Positions 28,357-37,520 of a stretch of DNA of 64,000 bases are shown in pieces. Every line of letters begins with the position of its first letter. The stretch's first letter is position 1. The stretch covers positions 717,043 through 781,042 of the forward strand of contig JAVJQW010000023.1 of assembly GCA_040218735.1 (NCBI GenBank). Reading direction: 5' to 3'. Position numbers and translations under genes: made by a program. The DNA comes from Deltaproteobacteria bacterium. GTDB taxonomy: Bacteria; Myxococcota; Kuafuiibacteriia; Kuafuiibacteriales; Kuafuiibacteriaceae. Under the pieces are notes generated by a model. It was not told the DNA's origin. It did no database searches and saw nothing but the letters and a program-made list of their open reading frames with translations.

Positions 28357-31300
28357 TGAAGCGGCTCAGCGGACTCCTCCTCCTCTCGACCCTCGTCGCC
28401 ACACCCGCGTGGGCGTTCGACGCCGACGGCGACGGCACCAAGGACGCCCTCGACGCGTTCCCCTGCGAGCCCAACGCGGTGGGCGCCGCGTTCTATCCGG
28501 CGCAGGGCGACCACGGGATGCTGATGTTCGAGGACCTGTGGCCGAACTACGGCGACAAGGACTTCAACGACGCGGTCATCGCGTACAACTACATTCACAA
28601 GCTCGATGCGGCCGGCGACGTCGTGCAGATCAAGCTGACGCTCAACGTGCTCGCGATCGGCGCCGAGCTGCGCAGCGGCCTCGGCCTGCGCCTCCCCGTC
28701 CCGCGCAACGCGGTGGCGGGCGTGTCGCTCTCGCGCATCACGCACCACAAGGACAAACACACCTCGGTCAACCTCGCCCCGTCGACGAGCGACACCGAGC
28801 TCGTGGTCCGCATCTCCAACGACCTGCGTGAGTTCTTCGCCGACTTCGGATCCGCGGTGAACACCGTCGACATCTACGACCGGCTGCACGGCGAGACCGT
28901 CGAGGTCACCATCAGCTTCTGGCAGCCCACGACGGTCGACCTGAACGAGGCCCCCTACGACCTGTTCCTCTTCCGCACCGACAACCCGTCGCACGAGCTG
29001 CACCGCCCCGAGTACCGCGGCACCGCGGCGATGGACACGGCGCTGTTCAACACCGGCGACGACGGCTCCACCGCCACGCGCGCGTTCACGTCGATCCACG
29101 GCCTCCCGTTCGCGCTCGACTTTCCGACGCTCGTCCCCTACCCGGCCGAGGGCGTCCGCATCGACACCCTCTTCCCGAACATCACCGCGTGGGCCTCGTC
29201 GGGCGGCGCGACGAACCAGGACTTCTACACGAACGGCGTCCTCGCCTCCGCGATCTTCAAGGACGCGAAGGGCTACGGTCCTATCACCCCGTCGTTCATC
29301 GGGCCGGACCACCTCCCCGCCGAGACCGGCTGCATCCAGGACTGGGGCGTCGCCGTGGAGTGGGGCTCCGTCGCGAGCCGCTACTCCAAGAGCGCCGTCG
29401 TCGACGCCGCGGGCATCGCGACGGTCACCGGCTACACACGCAGCGCGTTCACCGGCCAGACCTACGCGGGTGGGCTCGACGCCTTCGTCGCGCGCTACGA
29501 CACCACCAACGGCAACCTGATCTGGGCCACGCAGTTCGGCAGCAGCGGCGACGACGCCGGACGTGACATCGTCGCGGACGGCGCGCACGTGTACGTGGTC
29601 GGCGACGTCGAAGGTGCGATCCACGGCCAAACCCATGCGGGCGGCGCGGACGCCTTCGTCACCAAGCTCGACAACACCGGCGCCGTGGTGTGGACGCGCC
29701 TCTTCGGCGGCGGCGCGAACGAGCTCGGCTACGGCATCACCGTCGACGCCGCGGGCAACGTGTACATCGCCGGCGGCTCGACCTCGGCCTCGCTCCCCGG
29801 CGGCACCTCGCCCGGCAACACGCCGGCGAGCTTCCTCGTGAAGTTCGACGCGGACGGCACCCGCCTGTGGACGCAGCACTACGTCACCGACGCCGCCAAC
29901 GGCACGAGCTACAGCTACTCGACCGACGTCACCGTCGACCCGACCTCGCAGGACCTCTACGTCGTCGGCACCGAGCGACGCTTCACGCAGTCGGCCAACG
30001 CGGCGGTGAACCAGTTCCTCGCGCGCCACAGCGCGGCGACGGGCGCGCAGACTTGGATCGAGCACATCGGCGACCACGGCTACCGCGCGAGCGCGACCGA
30101 CTTCCGCTACAGCTACGCGTACGGCGTCACCGCCGACTCGCTCGACGGCAGCGCCTACGTCGTCGGCTACTGGTACGGCGGCCCCGCGGTCAGCGCGTGG
30201 GCCGGCTACACCCGCGCGACGGGCGACGCCTCCCCGGACGCAACCATCGCGAAGTTCGCGAACAACGGCGCCTCGCGCTGGCAGTACGCGATCGCTTCGA
30301 CCGACGGCCAGGAAGACTTCGCGTGGGCCGTGCTCGCCGACGGCGTCGGCGGCTCCGTCTACGTCACCGGCCGCACCGCGGGCTCGCTCCCGGGGCAGGC
30401 GAACGTCGGCGCGACCGACTACTTCATCCGCTCGTACGCCTACGACGGCACGCAGCGCTGGACGGTCCAGAGCGGCGGCTACGCGTTCGACTCGGGGCAC
30501 GTCGCGGCCGTCCACAACACGTCACAGACCACCGGCGACGTGTACGTCGTGGGCAACGCGACGGCGGTGCACAGCAACGACTGGAGCACGTGGGACATCA
30601 TCCTCACCCTGCTCGACCGCGACGACGGCTCGCTCCTCTCGAGCAACGCCGCGCGCCGCCTCGGCTGGGTGACCGGCACGCCCGGGATGTGCTCGACGAC
30701 GTGCGGCCAGGGCACGGCACCGTGGACCGTCACGTGCGTGCGCGCCGACGGCTCGACCGCGCCCGACAGCGAGTGCTCTGGCCTCAAGCACCCGGGCCCC
30801 GCGGCGGACTGCTGGGACTACTCGTTCTGCACGCAGACCTGGCAGACCGAGGTGTGGTCGTCGTGCAGCACGAGCTGCGGCGCCGGAACGCAAACGCGCG
30901 CGGTCTACTGCGAGCGCGACGACGGCATCATCCTCCCGGACTCGGACTGCGCGGGCGAGCCGCGGCCGAACGAGAGGCAGACGTGCACCGACCTGTCGGA
31001 GTGTGAGTACGACTGGGCGCTCGGCGCCTGGAGCGTGTGCAGCGTGAATGGCTGCGCGACGGGCACGCAGGGGCGCGCGGTCTCGTGTCAGCGGAGCGAC
31101 GGCGCTTCGGTGGCGGATTCGTTCTGCCCGGTGCCGCGTCCGACGACGACGCAGACCTGCGGCGGCGCGAACTGCACGCCGACGACCTGCGCGGACCTCC
31201 TCGCCAACAACAACACGCGGAGTGGCGAGTACACGATCTTCCCGAATGGCTCCGGCACCTCCGGCGTGGGTGTGTATTGCGACATGACCTCGAGCGGCGG

Positions 31301-31700
31301 CGGCTGGACGAACCTCGACCTCGCCAACGACATCGTTCACCTGGAGAACGGCCACGCGATCCACTGCAGCGGCGGTCTGACGACGACCGCGAACAGCGTG
31401 ACCTGCGCGGGGCCGTACTTCGACAACGACACGTCGAAGCTGCTCTACCAGTTCGGCTGCGGCGGCAACGATCGCAGCGCCGACTACCTGCTGGACCACG
31501 CCGCCACGATGCTCGGCCACAACGACGCGCCCGTGCTCGGCTACGCCGGCATCGCGCAGGACGGCGCAAGCATCGCGAGCGGGAGTGAGTACTGCTACGC
31601 GAGCGGCGCGGTGTACCCGTGGCACGCTCCGCAGTGCGCGCCGTACAACGCGGAAGGCAACGGCAGCTGCAAGCTGACGACGTTCACGCTGTCGCGGTAG
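28353..31700 (+). CDS. Secreted LruC/DUF4842 + SBBP propeller + 3 TSP1 + fibrinogen-like protein
   Basis: Signal AWA|F, DADGDG..DAFP, FEDLWPNYGDKDFND (LruC); DAFVARYD..WATQFGSSGDD repeats; WSSCSTSCGAGTQTRAVYC-type repeats; YCDMTSSGGGWT. Confidence 0.88.
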   Translation: MMKRLSGLLLLSTLVATPAWAFDADGDGTKDALDAFPCEPNAVGAAFYPAQGDHGMLMFEDLWPNYGDKDFNDAVIAYNYIHKLDAAGDVVQIKLTLNVLAIGAELRSGLGLRLPVPRNAVAGVSLSRITHHKDKHTSVNLAPSTSDTELVVRISNDLREFFADFGSAVNTVDIYDRLHGETVEVTISFWQPTTVDLNEAPYDLFLFRTDNPSHELHRPEYRGTAAMDTALFNTGDDGSTATRAFTSIHGLPFALDFPTLVPYPAEGVRIDTLFPNITAWASSGGATNQDFYTNGVLASAIFKDAKGYGPITPSFIGPDHLPAETGCIQDWGVAVEWGSVASRYSKSAVVDAAGIATVTGYTRSAFTGQTYAGGLDAFVARYDTTNGNLIWATQFGSSGDDAGRDIVADGAHVYVVGDVEGAIHGQTHAGGADAFVTKLDNTGAVVWTRLFGGGANELGYGITVDAAGNVYIAGGSTSASLPGGTSPGNTPASFLVKFDADGTRLWTQHYVTDAANGTSYSYSTDVTVDPTSQDLYVVGTERRFTQSANAAVNQFLARHSAATGAQTWIEHIGDHGYRASATDFRYSYAYGVTADSLDGSAYVVGYWYGGPAVSAWAGYTRATGDASPDATIAKFANNGASRWQYAIASTDGQEDFAWAVLADGVGGSVYVTGRTAGSLPGQANVGATDYFIRSYAYDGTQRWTVQSGGYAFDSGHVAAVHNTSQTTGDVYVVGNATAVHSNDWSTWDIILTLLDRDDGSLLSSNAARRLGWVTGTPGMCSTTCGQGTAPWTVTCVRADGSTAPDSECSGLKHPGPAADCWDYSFCTQTWQTEVWSSCSTSCGAGTQTRAVYCERDDGIILPDSDCAGEPRPNERQTCTDLSECEYDWALGAWSVCSVNGCATGTQGRAVSCQRSDGASVADSFCPVPRPTTTQTCGGANCTPTTCADLLANNNTRSGEYTIFPNGSGTSGVGVYCDMTSSGGGWTNLDLANDIVHLENGHAIHCSGGLTTTANSVTCAGPYFDNDTSKLLYQFGCGGNDRSADYLLDHAATMLGHNDAPVLGYAGIAQDGASIASGSEYCYASGAVYPWHAPQCAPYNAEGNGSCKLTTFTLSR

Positions 31701-31718
31701 CGCGCGGACGCTAACGAA

Positions 31719-32498
31719 TCAGAACCGGCCGCCGAGGGTGAGCATGCCGCCGTCGGGGGTGACGCCGCCCGAGAGGGCGAGGTCGCCTTCGTCGTCGCCG
31801 CCCGTGGTGACCAGTAAGACCACGCCGACCGCGCCGAGGACGGCGCCGCCGATGAACGCGACGTCCGCGATGGCGGCGTTGCGGTCGACGTCGTCCTTGA
31901 GCGACTGGAGGCGAGCCATGTCGCTCTCGTCCTTCTCGTCTTCGAATTTGCCGTTGGCCTGAAGCGCGACGACGCCGAAGGCGGCGCCGACGAGGACGGC
32001 GGCGGCACCTGTTCCGATCAGCGCGTACTCGAGGGCGCGGCTCTTCTGCGGCTTCTGCGTGCGCACCGTGACCGGCGGGCCGGCGGTCGTCGTGCCCGAG
32101 GGCGGCGGGACCACGCCGCCGCCGGTCGGAGGCGGAGGCGCCTCCGCGGCGCGGCGCGCGGCCTGTTCACGCTTGAGCGCGCCGAGCGACTGAAGCGCCT
32201 TGGCGCGGAGATCCGCGGTCGTGCCCGGCAGCGCGAGGAACCGTTCGTAGGCCTCGATCGCCTCCTCGGACTGCAGTGACTTCTCGTGCGCGCGCGCGAT
32301 GTTGTAGACGAGCTCCGGCTGCTGCCGAATCTCGTACGCGCGCTCGAACTCGACGATCGCCTCGGCGTACTGCTTGTTGCGGTACGCGTTCATCGCCTTG
32401 GTGACGGTCTCGTTGAAGCCATCGTCCTGCGCCTCGGCGGGGGTGGCCGAAGTCAGGAACAGCGCTCCGAAGAGGAGCGCAGCGGTCGTTTTCGTCAT
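31719..32498 (-). CDS. Exported TPR protein with C-terminal hydrophobic helices (myxobacterial TPR/PEGA-like)
   Basis: Signal AEA|Q, YAEAIVEFERAY...LVYNIARAHE...AIEAYERFL, two hydrophobic segments, C-terminal GGRF. Confidence 0.85.
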   Translation of the reverse strand: MTKTTAALLFGALFLTSATPAEAQDDGFNETVTKAMNAYRNKQYAEAIVEFERAYEIRQQPELVYNIARAHEKSLQSEEAIEAYERFLALPGTTADLRAKALQSLGALKREQAARRAAEAPPPPTGGGVVPPPSGTTTAGPPVTVRTQKPQKSRALEYALIGTGAAAVLVGAAFGVVALQANGKFEDEKDESDMARLQSLKDDVDRNAAIADVAFIGGAVLGAVGVVLLVTTGGDDEGDLALSGGVTPDGGMLTLGGRF

Positions 32499-32499
32499 C

Positions 32500-33885
32500 T
32501 CAGTTGTCACCCACGCAGCCCGGCGCTTCGCCGGGCCGACCGTCCGCCATGAAGATGTTGTCCGCGAGCCAACACATCCGCAGAAGCTCGGCGTCCGTCG
32601 GAATCTCTCCGGGTTCGTAACGCACATTGCCCCGCGAGTCCGTCATTCCGCCGAGGAACGGGAACATTCGCGCCTCTTCCGTATTCGGAGTCAGGCTGGA
32701 GATGGCCGCCTCCGCATCGATCTGCACGTCATTCGGGACGATTGCCTCGTTGACGGAGATGTACGCCATGCTCAAGTCCGGCGTCCCGCGAATTTGATCC
32801 CACACGAGCTGCGACGGATCCCATGTCCCCGCCTTCATGTCGTTGATGATGCGCTCGAGGCGCGGGCCCCAGTTCCAGTACGCGGACGCGAGGCAGCGGT
32901 CGGGCACGAAGCTGCACGAGTCGGGGTTGTCGTAGCCGAGCGCAAAGACCGGGACGCTGGACGTCGTCGTTCGTCGCGGGCACGGGCTCTCGTCCGCGCC
33001 GCACGCGGTGCGCATCGGAATGAGGGTGTCGGTGAAGCCGAAGATGATGTCGGTGTCGGCCTGTTCGATGAGGCGGTCGGTCATCGCCGCCTCCACCGGT
33101 GGGTCGAACCACTTCTGGACCCACTCGATGTGAACCTGCACCGTCGGGTCGACGGAGCGCACGCCCTGCGCGAACGCATTTGCGTGGCGCACGGTCTCCG
33201 GAATGATCACCGGACCGACGATCCCGACGTGCCCGGTCCGCGTCTGGCGCGCCGCGATGATCCCCATCATGTACATGACCTGGTACATCCGGCCGAAGTA
33301 CGAGCCGAGGTTCGGCGTGCTCGTGAAGCCAGAGCACAGCAGGAAGTTCACGTTCGGGTTGTTCGCCGCCATCGTCTGGATCGGCACGAGGAAGTCGAAG
33401 CTCGTGCCGACGATGATGTTGTTGCCCTGGTCGATGAACGTCTGCATGACCTGAGCCGCGTTCGCCGGGTTCACCGTGGGCTCGAACTGCGTCGTGATCC
33501 CCGAGATGTTCTGCTCCAGGTACTGACGGCTGTCCTCGTGGGTCTTCGTCCACCCGTGGTCACCCGTCGGCCCGACGTAGAGGAAGCCGATCGAGGGGTC
33601 CGGGACGGCCGCGGGGAACTTGAACGTGCACATCCCCGATGCGCCACACTCCGAGATGTCCTCGTTCGCGCAGTCGCTGTTCGACGCGCACGTGCTCGTG
33701 CACCGATTCGAACGACACACGTAACCTCCGCAGGTCGTGTCGTCCTCGCAGTTGTTCCCGAACTTGGTCACGTCGATCTCGTCGGGGATGTCTTGAATCT
33801 CGGGGAGCTCCGGGTTCAGGAGCGCCGAACAGCCGGTGAGTCCGGCGATCGCCACGCTGAAGATCGGTGCGATTGATTTGTGCAT
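32500..33885 (-). CDS. BMP/PnrA-family substrate-binding lipoprotein with N-terminal Cys-rich module
   Basis: LTGC lipobox; IGFLYVGPTGDHGWTKTH, IIVGTSFDF, NAFAQG, WFDPP, YWNWG. Confidence 0.88.
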   Translation of the reverse strand: MHKSIAPIFSVAIAGLTGCSALLNPELPEIQDIPDEIDVTKFGNNCEDDTTCGGYVCRSNRCTSTCASNSDCANEDISECGASGMCTFKFPAAVPDPSIGFLYVGPTGDHGWTKTHEDSRQYLEQNISGITTQFEPTVNPANAAQVMQTFIDQGNNIIVGTSFDFLVPIQTMAANNPNVNFLLCSGFTSTPNLGSYFGRMYQVMYMMGIIAARQTRTGHVGIVGPVIIPETVRHANAFAQGVRSVDPTVQVHIEWVQKWFDPPVEAAMTDRLIEQADTDIIFGFTDTLIPMRTACGADESPCPRRTTTSSVPVFALGYDNPDSCSFVPDRCLASAYWNWGPRLERIINDMKAGTWDPSQLVWDQIRGTPDLSMAYISVNEAIVPNDVQIDAEAAISSLTPNTEEARMFPFLGGMTDSRGNVRYEPGEIPTDAELLRMCWLADNIFMADGRPGEAPGCVGDN

Positions 33886-33917
33886 CGTTGCCCTCTCGTC
33901 CCTCTACACGAAGCGAC

Positions 33918-35816
33918 TCAGTCCACGATCGGAACGGAGTCTTCCTCGACGACATGGGTGTTCTGTTCGTCCACGACGAGCCCACCCGGCCCTTCGTCGA
34001 CGCCCAGCGGAACCGCTTCGACCGCGGGGGGCGGCGCGGCCTCGGGTTCGGTGATCTCGGCGACCGGCGGCGGCGCCTCCGACCGTTCGGACCGGTCCGA
34101 CCGTTCCGATCGCGTCCGGGTGCGCGACCGACGACGACGCGGCGGCGGCGCCTCTTCGACCTTCTCGGTCGGCGTCGGCTCGATGCGGGTCGGCTCGACA
34201 CGCTCCGCGGGGAGCGGCACCAACGCCGCGTGCAGGTCGACGTTGCGCTCGCGCACCTTCGTCGTGAGCGTCTGCTTCTCGTAGCCGTCGAGCTCGAGCT
34301 CGAACGACTTCGTCTGCCCGATCGCGTCGGCGCCCACGCGGTGGACCAGCGGCGTCTCACCGATCTTGCGCCCTTCGGCGCGCACCGTCGCGCCCGCCGG
34401 CGACGTCGTCAGCCGCACCTCGACCTCGGCGGGCGCAGGCGCGGCGGGCGTGTTCACCGCGATCGGCTTGGCCGGCTCGGGGCGAAGCGCCCGCGTCGCC
34501 GCGTAGCCGACGAAGCCCACGAGCAGCAAGAGCGGCACGACCAACCAAACTCTGCGCGACCGTCGCGGCTGGACGAACGAGACGTCCATATCGTCGGACG
34601 GCGTGGGGCTCGGCGTCGAGCTCGGGAGCGGCGGCGGCGTCATCGTCAGATCGACGGAGACCGATGCCTCCGAGGGCATCGACAAGTCCGGCGGTGCGGT
34701 GAGCCCGGGCGGCACGGAGAAGTCGGGGGGCAGCGAGAGGTCGGGGGGCGCGCTCGTGTGCGATGCGCCGAGCGTCGACAGCTGCGACTCAGTCTGCACG
34801 CTGACGCCGGTCATGAGGCGGTACGCCGCCTTGAGGTCGGCGATGACCTCGTCCATCGACTGGTACCGATCGTCGGGGCGCTTCTCCATGCACCGCCGAA
34901 TCACGACCTCCAGCTCGGGCGCGACGACGACGTCCGGGACGACGTCCGCGAAGGTCGGCGGGGCGTCGCGCAGGTGCTGTTCGAGGATCTCGACGCTGTT
35001 CGCGCCGACGAACGGTGGCCGCCCCGCGACCATGTTGAACATGATGATTCCGAGCGAATAGACGTCCGTGCGCGGGTCGACCGGCTTGCAGCGTATCTGC
35101 TCCGGCGCCATGTACCGCGGCGAACCGAGCCAGGTCCCGGAGCGCGTGAGCTCCATGTTGCCCTCGGTCTCGTCGTCCTCGAAGACCTTCACGAGTCCGA
35201 AGTCGAGGACCTTCACGAAGTCGCCGTCCTGGTCCTCGTCGCGGAGGAGCATGACATTTCCCGGCTTGAGATCGCGGTGCACGATGCCGGTCTTGTGTGC
35301 GGTGCGGAGCGCGCGACAGATCTGCAGCCCGATCTGCGCGGTGCGTTCGCTCCCGAGGCGTATCTGCTGGGAGATGATGCGCGAGAGCGGCTCCCCGGCG
35401 AGGTACTCCATCGCCATGAAGAGCTCGCCGTCGTCGGCTTCCCCGTAGTCGTGGACGGTGACGATGTGCCGGTGCACGAGCTTCGCGCAGGTCGACGCCT
35501 CCAAGAAGAAGCGCTGCCGGAACTCGTCGTCGTTCGGCTTCGAGGTCAGCACTTTGACGGCGACCTCGCGTCCGAGCGGCAGCTGCGTGGCGAGATAAAC
35601 CCGGCCCATCCCCCCCTTCGCGACCATGCGATCCAGGCGATACCGACCGGCGAGAAGCTCTCCGACGCGGTGCTCGGGCTTCGCCGTAACCTGTTCGCTC
35701 ACGAGCTGGGATTGGGTGACGTCCTCGGGTGCGACCGAACCTGGTCGCTCGGCCGGGACGCGCTCATCCGTAGACGCGGGCCGCGTAGCCTGCTCGTTTT
35801 CCGCGGGCCCGCTCAT
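33918..35816 (-). CDS. Transmembrane Ser/Thr kinase with PEGA-like extracytoplasmic domain
   Basis: KGGMGRVY, HRDLKPGN, DFGLVK, GSPRYMAPE; TM; TSPAGATV...IGETP...LDGY. Confidence 0.95.
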   Translation of the reverse strand: MSGPAENEQATRPASTDERVPAERPGSVAPEDVTQSQLVSEQVTAKPEHRVGELLAGRYRLDRMVAKGGMGRVYLATQLPLGREVAVKVLTSKPNDDEFRQRFFLEASTCAKLVHRHIVTVHDYGEADDGELFMAMEYLAGEPLSRIISQQIRLGSERTAQIGLQICRALRTAHKTGIVHRDLKPGNVMLLRDEDQDGDFVKVLDFGLVKVFEDDETEGNMELTRSGTWLGSPRYMAPEQIRCKPVDPRTDVYSLGIIMFNMVAGRPPFVGANSVEILEQHLRDAPPTFADVVPDVVVAPELEVVIRRCMEKRPDDRYQSMDEVIADLKAAYRLMTGVSVQTESQLSTLGASHTSAPPDLSLPPDFSVPPGLTAPPDLSMPSEASVSVDLTMTPPPLPSSTPSPTPSDDMDVSFVQPRRSRRVWLVVPLLLLVGFVGYAATRALRPEPAKPIAVNTPAAPAPAEVEVRLTTSPAGATVRAEGRKIGETPLVHRVGADAIGQTKSFELELDGYEKQTLTTKVRERNVDLHAALVPLPAERVEPTRIEPTPTEKVEEAPPPRRRRSRTRTRSERSDRSERSEAPPPVAEITEPEAAPPPAVEAVPLGVDEGPGGLVVDEQNTHVVEEDSVPIVD

Positions 35817-35947
35817 CGGGAAATCGAGGATGCCACGCGGCCTCTATCGGCGCAAAGGGCCGCGGGTGACGTCCTCGCGTACCCGTATTCCACGTTACGG
35901 CTCCGGTTGACATCCGTTCGGGGGACGGGCGTCGTAGGCGGCGGGGG

Positions 35948-37507
35948 TTGAGGGGGTTGCCGGCGGGCCAGTCGCTCGAAGAGCTGACACGAATCGCTCA
36001 GGCTCGACCGCAGGACGTCGACGCCTGGCATGCGCTTGGCCGTGCATTCGTCGATGCAGGTGACACCGCACGCGCGGTGATGTCGCTGCGCCACGCGATG
36101 GGCCTCGCGGCGACGGACGCTGCCCAACTCTCGGACATCGGTGCATCCCTCCTCCGTGCGGGCGCTTCGTCGGACGCGCTCGCCGCACTGCGGCGCGCGG
36201 TTCAGTTGGACCCGACGCGCGAAGAAGCCCACGAGCGCATCGGGGCGACCCTCCTCGCAATGGGAGACGCCGAAGCCGCCGCGCTGTCGTTGAAAGTTGC
36301 GTTGACACGCCTCCCGGACGCCGCGCGCCTGCGCGTTCGGCTCGGACGCGCGCTGTTGACGAGTGGCCGCACGCGCGAAGCGCTGGGCCACGCGCAGCGC
36401 GCCGCCGAAGTCTTGACGCAGGACGCCGACGCCCACCGCCTCCTCGCGCAGATTCACCGGGAGCTCGATCAGCCGCAGGACTACGCCGCCGCGCTCGAGC
36501 GGCTGAGCATCCTCGACCCGACGGACGCCGAGGCCGCGATCGCGTTGGGGCTTCGGCGCGCCCGCGAAGGCCGCCACGACGAAGCGCTCGCGATCCTCGA
36601 CCAAGCGCGCAAACACGCGCCCGCGCGCGCCGACATTCAGGTTCGGCTGGGCCGCGCGCTCATGGAGGCGGGCGCGATCGGCGGCGCCGTGCGGTGCTTT
36701 CGCGAAACGATACGCATCAACCCGGACCTCGCCGAAGCCCACCTCGAGCTCGGCCTCGCGCTACGCGCGGGCGGCGCGCTGAAGGACGCGATCCACTCCC
36801 TGCGGAGCGCAACCCGGCTTGCACCGACGAGCGGCGAGATGTTCTTCCACCTCGGCATGACGCTACGGACGGCCGGCGAGAACCGCGAGGCCGCGAGCAT
36901 GTTGATCAAGGCGGCCGCGAACACCCCGGACGACGAGCGCATCCAGGCGGCGCTCGCCACCGCGCTCACCCACCTCCGCGGTGCGCCCGCGGCGCAACCG
37001 CAGCGCGCGATGGACGACGCGGCGAGTGGCATCACGAGCGACCTCGCGATCTTCTCGCTCGCCGAGCTGCTGGAGTTCCTCCTGAACCAACACTCGACCG
37101 GCGTCCTGGAGGTGACCTCGGATCACGGAATCGGGCGACTCGAGCTGTTCGACGGCTCCATCGCGGCGGCGTCGTACCCGAGCGGGAAGCCGCTCGGTGA
37201 GCAGGTGCTGGAGCTGGACCTGATCACCCAGACGGACCTGAAGCGCTCCGTCGTGGACCCGAACGACCTGGAGCGCGACGCGATCGTCGCGAACGTCCTG
37301 CTGTCCTCACAGCTCGTCGACCGAACGTCGCTCTACGACGTGCTCAGCAAACACGTGCGCTCCGCGCTGACGGAGATGCTGGGGTGGTCGACCGGGAGCG
37401 CGTCGTTCCGCCGAACGGCGGCGACGCAGAACGCCCCCGAGATCCTGGTCGATACGCGGTGGGCGCTCCTCGAAGCGACGCGCCTCGTCGACGAGTCGAG
37501 GCGCTGA
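35948..37507 (+). CDS. TPR-repeat protein with C-terminal DUF4388 (PatA-N-like) domain
   Basis: About ten TPR units (AWHALGRA, AHLELGLAL); SDLAIFSLAELLEFL..STGVLEV; WSTGSASF. Confidence 0.85.
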   Translation: MRGLPAGQSLEELTRIAQARPQDVDAWHALGRAFVDAGDTARAVMSLRHAMGLAATDAAQLSDIGASLLRAGASSDALAALRRAVQLDPTREEAHERIGATLLAMGDAEAAALSLKVALTRLPDAARLRVRLGRALLTSGRTREALGHAQRAAEVLTQDADAHRLLAQIHRELDQPQDYAAALERLSILDPTDAEAAIALGLRRAREGRHDEALAILDQARKHAPARADIQVRLGRALMEAGAIGGAVRCFRETIRINPDLAEAHLELGLALRAGGALKDAIHSLRSATRLAPTSGEMFFHLGMTLRTAGENREAASMLIKAAANTPDDERIQAALATALTHLRGAPAAQPQRAMDDAASGITSDLAIFSLAELLEFLLNQHSTGVLEVTSDHGIGRLELFDGSIAAASYPSGKPLGEQVLELDLITQTDLKRSVVDPNDLERDAIVANVLLSSQLVDRTSLYDVLSKHVRSALTEMLGWSTGSASFRRTAATQNAPEILVDTRWALLEATRLVDESRR

Positions 37508-37520
37508 CACCGATAACGGC

